NCBI RefSeq assembly: GCF_009914755.1
Contig: NC_060927.1
Origin: the human T2T-CHM13v2.0 reference genome, Homo sapiens
DNA length: 64,000 nt
Direction: 5' to 3' (one strand)
A program made the position numbers and the translations under genes. The notes below the pieces were generated by a model that saw nothing but the letters and a program-made list of their open reading frames with translations, was not told the origin of the DNA and ran no database searches. Of this stretch, positions 1 through 13,560 are shown one piece after another (position 1 is the stretch's first letter; each line of letters opens with the position of its first letter).

Positions 1-1054
1 GATTTTAATTTAATAGCTGTTATTTTTACTTTCAAATTCATATTTTAATACAATTAAAAGTTGGGTTTTTTAATTTGGGGACAGACAGCAAGCTGTTTTA
101 TTTTATTTTTGCCTGCCAAGGAATGCTTTTTCCTTGACACGGACAAGGGTGCTCTTTCTTTTTCTGTTCTAGCTCTCCTGTGTCTTGGACTTCTTAATTC
201 TTTCTGGTGGGATTTTTCTCCCTTCCTTCTTTACCTTTCACTAGAGATAGAGTTATCCTTTCTTCTGGCTCTTGTTTCCCTCCCAAGACAGCTACATCTC
301 ACCATTTGCCTTGGCCTCCTTTATTTCTCCTTCTATTCATCTTTTGTACTTGGAGTGGTCCGCAAGGTGAGGAGAGTTGAGCTCAATGAAAAGAAGGTAG
401 ATTTTTGCCTTTTTTATGCAGAACAATGTCTTCAAAAAAATCAGAACAGAAAAAATAAGATGCATTCTAATGGATCTTTGACACTTTTTGGTAATGAAGC
501 TTTTAGTTCCCATAGAGTTGTGTGTAGGTCAGAAAATCTGCCAAGTTTCTTACTCTATGTTCAGCTCAAGTTTGCTCTGGCACCAAAGAGGAGAGAAACG
601 GGGGGTTGCAGAAAACAGGGGGTTGAGAGCTTTATCTTTTTGTCCTTTACTTTCATCTAAAAAAAAAAAAACTTTCTATGTAAGTCAAAAGGCATACTAA
701 TTTTATATTTCAGTGTTTCTTTGAGTTTCATTTAGACCATACAAGCTGACCATGACATATGACTTCTATGTGTTCAGTCACTTAAGATCATCAAATGCCT
801 AGACTTTGTATTTGAAATCTTTGGCATCCCTTCTAACTTGTGTTTTGCAGTTAAATTACTTTGGAGATGAGATAGAAATCTGAACCAAAAATAATTATTG
901 TAACTATGCAACTCTTATTTCCTACCTTGGCTTAATGTGTTCCTATGTGAACTGTGTTTGTTTGGAACAATTTAAAAATATATCTCCTCTCATCCTTTTT
1001 CTTTCCTGAACCATAGTAGGCTTTGGTGAGCAGATATGAAAATTGTGATGACCA

Positions 1055-1359
1055 GGCTGGGCACAGTGGCTCACACCTATAATCCCACCACTTTGGGAGG
1101 CTGAGGTGGCGGGTCACCTGAGGTCAGGATTTCGAGACCAGCCTGGCCAACATGGTGAAAACCTGTCTCTACTAAAAATACAAAAATTAACCAGGCATGG
1201 TGGTAGGCGCATGTAATCCCAGCTACTCAGGAGGCTGAGGCAGGAGAATCACTTGAACCTGAGAGGCGGAGGGTGCAGTGAGCCGAGACGATGCCTCTGC
1301 ACTCCAGCCTGGGTGACAGAGTAAGACTCTGTCTAAAAAAAAAAAAAAAAAAAAAAAAA
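1055..1359 (+). mobile_element. Full-length Alu (AluS type)
   Basis: GGCTGGGCACAGTGGCTCAC start, two arms, middle A-rich linker, poly(A) tail; ATTGTGATGA occurs on both flanks (degenerate TSD). Confidence 0.97.
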
Positions 1360-1719
1360 GAATGAATGAATATTGTGATGATCTCTGAATCATCTTCATG
1401 TTCCTTCTTTGCCAATTCCCATCGGGGCCAACCAGGGACAAACTCAGGACTTCCTGGGAAATTATACAGTTGAGGGAGGGCGTTAAGCAGGGAGGTGTAA
1501 AATATGTTCTTGGAGACTACTTTGTCTACCAGAATCTGTGAAGCACTCGTTTAGTGTTGAATGAGGAATTTAGGAATGATTGGCCTTTGTTGCTGCCAAT
1601 CATGGTGATGTGTGTATAGGATTATCAAAATGTGTTACAAATCAACCTGCTCATTCACATTACTCCTTTTCCGTAATGTCTAATTTTTGTATCATTAATA
1701 TTTTTATATTTTATAAAGT

Positions 1720-2230
1720 ATAAAATATTAATATTGATTTTCTTATTATAGCTGATCAATCAGTGGAAAAATGAATAATGTAACCTGCTATTCCTTTCCC
1801 CCAAGCCTACTTTCCTGAGATCATGATTATAATCTTTGTACATACACTCTTTTCTTTTTTTAAGCATTTGCCTTTGGTGACATCATTCTCTTCACAATGT
1901 AGAGTAGATATCCATCTGAGTCAATACATAAAAATCCATGTTTTTAAAAATAACTGCATCTGTTCTGCAGTGTAGATAGACCATATGTTATTCAAACATT
2001 TCCTTCATGATGGACATTCACTTTGTATCAAGCTTTTTCACACTACCAAAGCACTGCAGTATCTATCCTCATGTGCTGGTGCGTTTATTTTTGTAGGAGA
2101 GATGGTCAAAAATAGGGTTGCTAGATCAGAGAATATGCTGTAACTTTTTCCCGTGTCCTTCAGTATGGGGATTTTCAGATTTGATTATTTCTACCACAAC
2201 GAATGGGAGAAATGAGTGGAACTCCATAAT
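1720..2230 (-). mobile_element. Ancient L1M (L1ME/MC-like) fragment
   Basis: Degenerate antisense L1 3'-end motifs (…TGATGGACATT…, …GGGTTGCTAGATCAGAG…). Confidence 0.6.
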
Positions 2231-3023
2231 AATATAGACTGAAAATAAGTGAATTGATCAACAATGAAGGAATTGCTTTTAGAGGCAACATTTGAAAAGC
2301 AAGAAAGACAAGATAACATTTGAAACATTAGATGTTGGTTTGCTGAACTTAAAACAAAACATGCAGGTGTCTATCTTAGGAAATATGTGTGTTATCGGCT
2401 GGTGTAGGGTAGGGTGGTGGTAGGTTTGCAGAGGGGTTGAATGTATGCAATAAATTATTTGGAAGAGTGTGTTATTGATGCAGTCAGGTGGAAATTGTTC
2501 AGAAAAAAAGTGACAAAGACCATACAATGATAGTTAATTACTAATTAGAAATTTAGAAGATGAAATTTTACCAGGTAGAATATTTGAGAAATAAAAGTGA
2601 TCTGTTGCTTGAGCTGAAGAGGAAGAGGAAAGATAAACGCCTAACTACAGACCATTGGTAGCAATGTAATAATAATAAAAGATTCCAATTTGATAGAAAG
2701 AAGTGGTGAAAACTTTCAGGGATGCTGTGGATTTGGAAGATCGATACATGTGGCCAAAATAAAAGACTTTTGGGATTGGACATGGTTATTGGATAAATAA
2801 TAATGTATTGAGCATTTCTTTTGTGTAAAAGTGTTTTAGGTTAGTAATGTCTTTTAATTCCTCCTATCAGTCCTAAGAGGAGAGTATGATTACTGCTGTT
2901 ATTATATAGCTGTGAAAATTGAGGTTCATAAAGAACTTGTCCAAAGCTCACTGCTGTATCCTGAGATCTCAAAAAAGAGCCTAGGATGCTGTGTATGCTT
3001 AGGGAAAAAAAATTGTCATGTAA

Positions 3024-3349
<326 letters not shown>

Positions 3350-4347
3350 CAGACTTTTTCATTCATTCCAGGCTTAGAGAGTATCTAAGAGACTACAGTC
3401 CTTTCCCAAAGTTGACCGCATAGAACACAGCAAAGCATGACATTGAAGAAAGATTTTGTCAAAAATCGAGTTAATTCTCAAGTACAAAGTGCAGATGAGT
3501 TTGATGACTGAGGGGTTCCCAGAATGGGAGACATTCATGCTACTCTGGCCAGCACACCGGGAATGTGTGCCTGGGACCAGGAGTAGTAGTTATTCATTTA
3601 TATGCATTCAGCTAATCATTTTTGCAGACGATTGCATGAATATAAATACCCCATTTGGAGTTTGCTTGCTGGCACTTGAAAATTTGGCTGTCTTATATAT
3701 ACGAAATGTGAGAGTTGGTACTGGAACTGTTGCATAAGAGTCCAAATAGTTTACAAATGCAGTGAGATCAATTGCAGCCTAACCAGAGTAGCACCAGAGG
3801 ACAAGAAGGCCACAAAGACTCTGGCAACTTCAGTTGGATGCAAATTTCAAGTCTGTTCCAGTTTGTTTTCTGTTTAAAAGGCTGGATGTGTCTTGCACAC
3901 TCTCTTGGGAGATTTCAAAGTTAAAATTATTGTTTTATAATTAGCATCAATATAATCGACTTGAGAGGAATGTTGCATGGATTAGTGCATGCAGGCAGCA
4001 GGGAGTGAAGGATGCTTGCCTACCGGTGTCTCTGCTTCATTCCTCATCCACATATGGCTATTGAGCAGCTTCTCGGGTTGTTAAGAAAACACAGCCTTGA
4101 AAAGGTTATTAGTTAAAACAAGATGGGAATGGACGACTGAGTGACCCAGAGATTGGACTGTGTTTGACCTTTTCCCAAAGTGGAGAATGTATTCTTTTGT
4201 AATGCCCACTGTATCCACTTCAAGTTGCACCTCTTTCTCTGTGCCTTCCATACTTCTGAATTCCCAACAGGTGACCTCCTTCCCAACCCCAGTTAATTTT
4301 TTTGACTCGTATGTGATGGTGTGTGACATTTTATCCCTTAAAGAAAA

Positions 4348-4646
4348 TTGTTGTTGTTGTTGTTGAGACAGAGTCTTACTCTGTCTCCCAGACTGGAGTG
4401 CAGCGGCACAATCTTGGCTCGCTGCAACCTCTGCCTCCCAGGTTCAATTGATTCTCCTGCCTTGCTCTCCTGAGCAGCTGGGATTACAGGCATTTGCCAC
4501 CACACCGGGATACTTTTTGTATTTTTAGTTGAGATGGGGTTTCACCATGGTGGCCAGGCTGGTCTCGAACTCCTGACCTCAAGTCATCTGCCCACTTTGG
4601 CCTCCCAAAGTGCTGGGATTATAGGCATGAGGCACTGCACCAGGCC
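4348..4646 (-). mobile_element. Alu with (TTG)n-converted tail
   Basis: Antisense Alu body; CCTTAAAGAAAAT / CCTTAAATAAAAT flanks form a TSD. Confidence 0.96.
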
Positions 4647-4947
4647 CCTTAAATAAAATCCTTTCAGTAATTTTAAGCTTGCAAGACTGTATGTAGCAAA
4701 GCTTGCAATGCAACATGGCCTGCTTTGGTTCCTGAATATGGGCAGATGTTTTTAATCGTATTAAAATAATGTTACGGGAGAAATGCTAACCTCATAATGG
4801 AAATCTTCTTTTTGATAATTTAGTCGATATTAAAAGACAAACTGAGTCTTAGGAAATGCTCAACAATCCTAGAAATAGCTTCATGTAAATAGTTTGTTTC
4901 CATGTAAAACAAACACCAAAGGTCTTGGCTAAGAAATCAAGGTTCTG

Positions 4948-5375
4948 CAACCCAAATGTCCAACAATGATAGACTGGATTAAGAAAATGTGGCACATATA
5001 CACCATGGAATACGATGCAGCCATAAAAAACCATGAGTTCATGTCCTTTGTAGGGACATGGATGAAGCTGGAAACCATCATTCTCAGCAAACTATCGCAA
5101 GGACAAAAAACCAAACACTGCATGTTCTCACTTATAGGTGGGAATTGAACAATGAGAACACTTGGACACAGGAAGGGGAACATCATACACCGGGGGCTGT
5201 TGTGGGGTAGGGGGAGGGGGGAGGGATAGCATTAGGAGATATAACTAATGCTAAATGACGAGTTAATGGGTGCAGCACACCAACATGGCACATGTATGCA
5301 TATGTAACAAACCTGCTCGTTGTGCACATGTACCCTAAAACTTAAAGTATAATAATAATAAAATTAAAAAAAAAA
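4948..5375 (+). mobile_element. 5'-truncated young primate L1 (L1PA type): ORF2 C-terminus, 3'UTR and poly(A)
   Basis: ORF 4966..5148 is the L1 ORF2p C-terminus (DWIKKMWHIYTMEY…MFSLIGGN*); G-rich 3'UTR tract; A-tail; 17-bp TSD AAGAAATCAAGGTTCTG (4931-4947) / AAGAATTCAAGGTTCTG (5376-5392). Confidence 0.96.
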
Positions 5376-6459
5376 AAGAATTCAAGGTTCTGGTATAAGT
5401 CATTGCATTGGTCAGGTTGGTCTGACCCCTCCCACATCTCCAGGTTTGTATCTAGAATGTTAGCATCAAGAGTGAGTGGGAGCGTAAAGAATACTGTTTG
5501 CTAAGGGAATGGAACTGCTGGCCAATCCAGAAGTCTTTGGTCAGTTTATTTCTTTGGGTGAGTGAGACCTATGAGCTTGACTTACTTCCTTAAAGGTTAG
5601 ATGATTTTTTTGACCCCAAGTTCTCATTTTTATTGGAATAAAAAAATTAGTTGTATCGCATAGATTAAAATCAACACAGGCGCTTTCCCCTGCTGTGCGA
5701 AACACTCTTTGAAATCCCAGGTGTCACTTTATGCTTATGGTAAGAACCCGTTTGTGTCTGTTGTTAATTATTTTCTCTTGGTCAGACCAGTTCCCCAGCC
5801 TCAGAAAATTTCAGAGGAGAAAGTACATCCATAGTGAACTGGGAAAGTACTTTCTGTCCTAGAACTTATTAGGGCGGCACCTAGTTTACTACACAAGAAA
5901 TTCTATCCTTTTAACTGGAACATCTGGGTTCTTAATGCTCTCTGCTTGCAATTATCTGTAGCCTTATATTTTGCCACGGTCTGTCTTGTCATTCTTGAAC
6001 ATTCTCCATCTGAATGCTAATTTGCACACATTCTGTAATTGTGTGTAACTGTGCTTCTTCTTGTGTATTAAAGTCCTCCCTGTCTTTAAGAGTAACTTAA
6101 AAACTACTTCTTTGCCTAAGTGTTGCCAGATTTTTTATTTTGCTCCACCCCTTAATTTGAATTAATTATTGCACGCCTGTATAACTTTACTTACTATTTC
6201 TGCACTGAACTGTAGCTAACTATTGACTGGTACGTTTTCTTTGCATACTGGTTTGTGAAATTTGTGGGGGTCGAGGTTCAAGTCTCATTCCTCTTTGAAT
6301 CTTTCCTGGGCCTAGATCAGTACTGCATATGAAGTTCTCAAATAAATATTTGAAGCATTTCGTTGAATTGTGTGTCTCTGGAATATCAGAAATGACATTT
6401 CTCTTAGTCAATACCTAATAAAATTTTACTCGGTAGCTTTATTTTTTAAAGATCCATAC

Positions 6460-6660
6460 AAGTGCTGTCCAACAGAAGTTTCTACAATGATGGCAATGTT
6501 CTATGCTGTGCTGTCTAACACAGCAGCTACTTGCCACATGTGACCATGGAGCACTTGAAATATTGCCAGTATGGCTGAGGAACTGAATTTTGAATTAAAT
6601 TAAATTTAAATTTAAATAGCCACATGTGGCTAGTGGCTACCATATTGTACAGCAAAGGCA
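6460..6660. mobile_element. MER3 (hAT-Charlie MITE)
   Basis: GTGCTGTCCAACAGAAG…GAGCACTTGAAAT…AGCCACATGTGGCTAGTGGCTACCATATTGTACAGCA resembles the MER3 consensus. Confidence 0.85.
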
Positions 6661-7361
6661 GAGAAATAAGTTTTCAATCTTGATCTTTTCCTCTTTCATT
6701 TCAGCAATCTTTATTAAGCACCTATTAGGTGGCAATACATTTTCTAGGCCCTGGGAATACCAAGATGCATTGGTTAATTCCAGGACTGAGACAACTGTCA
6801 CGGTACTGCAGAGAGATCAACAGGATCCTATCATTCATTAACACAGGACAGTAAATGCAGTGCTGTTAGGGTTAGCAGGGAATCGGAGACATTTAGAAAA
6901 GAGTGGTGTAAAGCCAGGGATCATTTTCAGCCAAAACCGTGGAAATCCGGGAAGACTTTTAAAGAGGTCAAGGAGGGTATCACACAGGAGGATTACGTGA
7001 CAAGAACATATTTTATGGGCCCTCAGTGGGGAGGCCATTTGTGGTTGATCTGTTTCTAGATAACGTGAAACATGGCAGAGGGTAATCACATGATCTGTTC
7101 ACCATATTTTTATTCTGAAGAAAGTCTCCCATAATAAAAGACAGAGTGAAGTCCTATTACTTTGTCCATTTATTTGACTCTAAGCCCTGACATTGTTAAA
7201 TTTCCAGAGTTTCAGATACCAAGTGTATTTAGCTTATAGTTGGTTCTTCAGTGCCTAGTACAATACGTGCCATTCACTCATTCATTCATTCATGTAACAG
7301 GATACTTGGAGGCCTGCCCCATGCCAAGCACTGTGGCTCCACTGGAGGTTGTAACCCATTT

Positions 7362-7891
7362 TGTTATTGGTAGAGGGTCTCAACTGCAAGTTATCCAGGT
7401 TCTTGGTGTTTTGATCAAAGAATTGGACAAAACGCTCAGAAAAGTGAGGAAAAGAACGAAGGAATGAAAGCTGAGATTTATTGAAAATGAAAGTATACTT
7501 TACAGGGTGGGAGCGGCAGGGGCTCAAGGGCTCCTGTTATAGAATCTCATGGGATCCACATGCCCCCTAGAGGTTTCTTATTGGCCACTTGGTGTTCACG
7601 CCATGTAAATGAAGTAGTGGCCCACAATCAGAGGCTGAACTGAAGTTACAAAGCTGCACTCCTATGCAAACGTCTGATTGGGTGGGGAAAAGCAACTAAT
7701 CAGAGATACTTTCAATTTTCCATCTGCTATGCAGAAAACTTGGGATGGGGGTGGGTTTGCAAAGGGAGTAGCTTCTGGTCCTCTTGTTACTTAGGCCCGG
7801 AACGTTGGGGTTTTTCTTTTGATTTTGTTCTAGGAAGTCAGTGTGAATCAGCCTTAGGTTCCCTGCCCCCAGACCCTATTCTCCTGCCTCA
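7362..7891 (-). mobile_element. ERV1 solo LTR, MER51-like
   Basis: TG…CA termini; reverse complement begins TGAGGCAGGAGAATAGGGTCTGG…GGGAACCTAAGGC; poly(A) signal reads TTTATT on +; flanks ATTT/ACTT. Confidence 0.8.
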
Positions 7892-7929
7892 ACTTGGTCC
7901 CTGCTACTATCCTGAGACCCATCTTAGTT

Positions 7930-8320
7930 GGCCTGTCAGGTGAGAAACTAGTGAACACATCAATAGATAGTACTGACCTACTGTAGCCTTGAAGGAGTGA
8001 AGGATCTCAGATAGATAACAGCAGCAGGATTGATTTTAGGCAATGGTGAGGGGAAGGTCTCCCAGTCATGTGATGAGTCAGGGAAAGAATTCCAGGCAGA
8101 GGGACCAACAAGTATCAGGACCACGTGGTGGGAAAAGCACATGGTTTGTTCTAGCATCTGAGTGCAGACCCTGGAAGCAAAGCAAAGTGAGAGAGAGAGG
8201 AATAGTGTGACAATGAGGTCTGAGAGGGAGGGAAGGAGGAAGGAAGGAGCTGGATCCTGCAGAGTCATGTAGGATGCATTAAAGACAATAAAATCCTAAG
8301 GATGATGAAAAATAATCATT
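7930..8320. mobile_element. L2 fragment
   Basis: Purine-rich L2 motifs (GAAAGAATTCCAGGCAGAGGGACCAACAAG…). Confidence 0.65.
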
Positions 8321-9059
8321 TCAGGAGGATTTACACACACACAGACACACACACACGTTCTAAGGGAGGGAAGTTTGCAAAATTTTAGTTTACCTTTGAA
8401 GTTACTGAACACTTCTCATGGTCAGTCATGTTGCTCTTTTGAGATACCTCATTTTGGCCATAGATTAAAATGCATTAAGAAGCTGCACAGAGTTGTACAT
8501 TCTCCTGAGAGTGCTTGAAGCTGAGCAAACTGGGGAAACATCAGATGAATCCTCGGGGAGGAAAAAGTGGAAGATATAATGCTATACAAGTAGGTTTTGA
8601 CTCCCAAGTCTAATTTTAAGAGTAAGCCCCCCTATGAGTGGCAGTAATTGGCTGGAAGAGTGTGATTGCTTCTAATTGCCTTCCTAATGACACGTGGCAG
8701 TGTTGGGAGCTGCAGGCTTGGTGCCTGGCACTGTACATCACAGATGACTTGACCCCGGGGAGATAGGGCTAAAATATCTCCCTAAGGTGAGCCTTTTTTT
8801 GCAGTCCTCCAGTCAGTGAAGATGGAGGGATGTAGGTTATGTGAATGGTCCTTTAGGCATTTTAGGTAGGCATGTTCCACCTCAGAGGGTAGATATCCTA
8901 CCAAACCTTTCAGCTTTAGGAAGATTAGCTTCTTAAATTTTCATATTTTAGCTCTTGTTTAGTAATCAGTGGAGTATTCCAAGAAGTTTATGTTGCATAG
9001 ATGCTGTTAATATCCCACCCACATTTTCTTATTTTCAAGCACTTATATTTTTATTTTTT

Positions 9060-9331
9060 GCATGCTGACCTGCTGTCCTCCTGCTGGCACTTGCAACTCT
9101 TTCCCCAAGGGCTCTATGGGGCCACAGATGACATGTTGCCATCCAGAAGGGCTGGGGGAATCCATGTCCGATAGCGAGCAGCTCTGAGGCGATAATTGAT
9201 CAGAGTTAGATATTACCTTCCCTTATCTTGTTCCCTACTCCTCTATTGTTTCCTGGGTCACCTCCCAAAGAAAGTATTGGTACCTCAATCTTTGTCTTGG
9301 GACCTGTTTCCTGGGAAAGCCAGACTAAGAC
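9060..9331 (+). mobile_element. LTR16-like ERVL LTR, 3' part
   Basis: Ends CTCCCAAAGAAAGTATT…CTTTGTCTTGGGACCTGTTTCCTGGGAAAGCCAGACTAAGACA, like the LTR16 terminus. Confidence 0.6.
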
Positions 9332-9719
9332 ACACTACCTTAAGAAAAGTTGATGTAAGAAGTTAATGGCCAAAAAGCTTCATTGCCAGACGTGGAAGTC
9401 ACATATGAAACCCAAATGTGTTTCTCTGAATAAGACAAAGTCAGCGTTACTATATAAAGTTTAATCAAGTGATGACAAGTTACTTGAAATTAGTCATTTA
9501 ATCAGCAGCTCTGGGTAATGACAATCAGACTTTGTTTTGTTGTTTCATGGGAGGGATCACTTTTTGAAGCTGGAAAATACCAGAAACTTGAGTGGGGGGC
9601 AGGCAGCCACTTAGGCCCCCAGGAAGAAATTACAAGAATGCTTAATGAAGCATTATGAGTTTCCTGCTTGTGACTAAATCACAGGAAAACTGGATTTGTC
9701 TCTGATTTGGGCTGTATTT

Positions 9720-10020
9720 AGTCTGTGAATATTGTATTTGTTCACCCAGTGTTTTTAACATCCTTGGATTCGTTCCCAATATTTAAAAATTGGGGATTTT
9801 AATTTAAAAGGTCAGTATTAATATCTTCCTTAAATCACAGTGCACACATTCTGAATTGAAACAGTAAAGTCAGGCAGTTGGGCAACAGGGAGCCTGCATT
9901 CTTCCCTGACAGCAGTGTCTCTTCCTAGTCAGTCCCTACTGATGAGTGATATTGTGAACTTAGCCATTTATATGATCTGCCACACCCCATGAGACAGTTG
10001 TATTTGCATCCATGATCTAA
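9720..10020. mobile_element. MER102-like hAT-Charlie remnant
   Basis: CCAATATTTAAAAATTGGGGATTT… and terminal GTATTTGCATCCATGATCTAA resemble MER102. Confidence 0.5.
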
Positions 10021-11012
10021 GAATTTGTTTTCAGTTCATTAACCATTTGAAAAACTTAATTCTTAGGCACTCCTGCCAATGAGCTTTAAATAGGAAGATA
10101 AAATGTCCATGAAATTAAAATGTGTGCCTATGTCCATATTCTTTGCTTTTGAGGGCGATGTACTTGATGGCGTGATATTATAAGTTAATGGGATTTTGCT
10201 AACAAAAACATGATTAGCTTAGAGCTCTCCTACAACAGGCCTCCAGAGGGAATGGGGAGGAATTTTGGTAATTATGTAGCTCTTAGAGTATTTGACTTGG
10301 GTCTCTTTAGTTATCTTAGCTAATTTCACATGACTTGAGAGTATCTGCCAAAAATTGAGGCAACACATGGATATATTAAAAGGAGTTGGATAGGATAGCC
10401 TCAGTGATGGCCTCTGTAGGAGGAAAGATGCCTTGGGGCTGAATCTATTGGGAAATTTAATATTGATTCCCATCTTTCCACCTGCATTAAAAAAGTTCAT
10501 AAACCTTTAGGAGTAGAAGAGCCAATGAAATAGAATTTGCCGAGTGTTTCACATAAAATAGGTTTAGTTGTGTGTGCTTTTCAGATAAAACGTTGAGGGA
10601 TGACTAGGTATATGAGCATTTAGTCTGTTTTTCTAGATATAAAAGAGAAAAAACATAATTTAAGTTTGACAACTGTCCTTTGATTATTATTTATAATTTA
10701 ATATATTTTTTGAAACTAATGAGGAATACTCTGTTTTGTGTGGATCAGTGAATTTGGGATACATATCATCACTTCCTACATCCTGACCTCTCCACTGAAT
10801 AAAAATTTGAGAATGCTTAATCTATCATGAGTTTCCTACATGAGGCAAAATCACAGGCAAACCAGATTTGTCTCTGATTCTCTGATTTGGTCAACAAATA
10901 TTTTGCTTTTATCAGTATGATAATACTATTCAGCTCTGAATGTAGACAGTTGATTTTTCAATTGAATTATTATGAGATGTTGATTACTAAATTAACAGAA
11001 TTTATTAATTTC

Positions 11013-11308
<296 letters not shown>

Positions 11309-12067
11309 TAGCTTCAGCTCAGCAGGACATGACCATTGCAACCTCATTGAATGGGTATAATCCCCAGATCTAAGTGGAGATACTTTGTGGGTTGTTATTT
11401 TGTGCAGCTACTTTAAAATATTGGGAAACACCACTGTTGAGCTCCACTGTGACTTTGAGACCTTTAAGGCCAAGGGGCAAGGTACTTTATATTTCCATCT
11501 TCCTTTGGCTTGCATTAAACTTGCTTAAAGATGAGCTTACTCTAGTGTAGTTATCTCTTCTACTGTCTCCTCAATGTCAGATGTTGTTTATTTTCCAAGG
11601 TATCACTTGGCTAATTTGACAAACCAATCAGTGCTAATTTAATAATAGATGAAGACAATGCTTTATTCATCAATTTAGTCGTGTGTTAAATCGGTCAGTA
11701 AATTGAGTGTGAACCATCAGCCAGGCTGATGAACCCTGCCTTCACAAAACTTGGTATGAAAGACAGACATTGGACATATAATTTCACTAATCTTTGATTT
11801 TAAAATGTCATGTGTATAAAGACGTCTGGTGTACAGCTAAACAAAAGTGCTAGGTGAGCCAGAAACTGTGAAGTTTTAAGGACAAGAGTAATTGATTTTG
11901 TTAATTGAGGCAGAGTGCTCTGATGAAACAAGGGCTGAAAGAGAAAACTGAAGACGAATGTTTAACCTAGTTGACCTGGCGCATTTTAGAACCCTTCGTT
12001 TTAAGCTGAAGGTTATGATATGCTCTTTCATTCATGGTAATAATTGCTTGAGTCTGGATGAGTATCG

Positions 12068-12098
<31 letters not shown>

Positions 12099-12384
12099 TA
12101 GAGCTAGGGTCTCATTCTGTTGCCCAGGTTGGAGTGCAGTGGTACAGTCATAGCTTACTGAAGCCTCAAACTCCTGGGCTCAAGTGATCCTCCTGCCTTA
12201 GCCTCCTAAGTAATTGGGACTACAGGTGTGTACAACCATACCTGGCTAATTAAAACAAATTTTTTTTAAGAGATGGGGACTCACTATGTTGTCCAGGCTG
12301 GTCTAAAACTCCTTGCCTCAAGCAATCCTCCTGCCTCAGCCTCCTAAAATACTGGGATTACAGGCATGAGCCAGCACACCCAGC
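12068..12384 (-). mobile_element. AluJ with (TTTTG)n tail
   Basis: Antisense dimeric Alu with J diagnostics. Confidence 0.93.
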
Positions 12385-12434
12385 TCAGTTTGGTTGAGTA
12401 TTCCATTTGTAATTCACTTTTTAAAATATATTTC

Positions 12435-12630
<196 letters not shown>

Positions 12631-12639
12631 TGTATTTAT

Positions 12640-13560
12640 TGATTATCTGCTTCATGCCAAGCATTCCTAGGAGCTAAAATACTTAAAGAGTGTTCATTGT
12701 ATTTAGGGTTGAGTAGATATAGATGCCAGTTCACACAGTATCACCATGTGATAACTACAATAATGCAGAAATGCATTGGTTGCTATAGGAACCAGCTATA
12801 ATGTGTCCTAGGGTGTGGCTTGGTGGACAGGGAAGATGTCTGTGTGTCTGGGTGATATGTGTGCTGTGGTTGAGGAGGGTTGAGATGGTGTGTGCTGCGG
12901 GTTGAGATTGACGTTGAGTTGGGGTGGGAGTGGGGAGCTGGCAGCAGCATGTTTGGTGCAGTAGAGAAAGTATGAACAAGGGGTGGAAGCCAGGACTAGC
13001 ATAGCTCATGCTGGGTGGAGGGCCACAGTGAGGTCCTAAGCCCTGGAAGGAATGTGAAGGCAGGCACTGGAGACAGATGAACTTGGGTTGCATATCGGGG
13101 CCTTGTCGTGGAGAGCCTTCATGCCAAGTTTTGGACTCTAAAGTGGAGACATGACAGGGATCTGTGCAGTGATTGACTGAGTTAATTGGAGGTGCTAGCT
13201 GGATGTACTGTTGGAAAAGTTCATCTGGCCATTGGGCATTTGAACCTGAGCATGGGATGGGGTCAGAGGTTTGGGATTAGCTTAGATGACTGAAGGAAAA
13301 TTATAGAGCAATATCCCCTGAGAAACACCAATATTAAAGAAGCTGAAAAACCAAGAGGAACCTGCATAGAGAAGGCTAGGAATGGTGAAAACTACACTGT
13401 GGACCTAAGAGCAGTGGGTGAGCCAGAAACTGCTGCAGAATTTGGAAGGAGGTGAATAATTGGTGATGTCAGCGGGGCCACACTCACAGGAGCCTGCCAT
13501 CCTATTCCCAGCAGCTGATCTGAAGGGCAAGGCTACATGCTGAGTGGCGGTGGGGTTGGG
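12640..13560. mobile_element. Degenerate L2 region
   Basis: Scattered L2 motifs (ATCCCCTGAGAAACACCAATATTAAAG, GAGGAACCTGCATAGAGAAG). Confidence 0.55.

Noticed and set aside
61-660. Longest ORF (199 aa, Leu/Phe-rich, membrane-like)
   Set aside because: Starts at TTG, reflects pyrimidine-rich low-complexity DNA, and has no recognisable domain or splice context.
2430-2790. Possible L3/CR1 relic
   Set aside because: Similarity too weak to support by eye.
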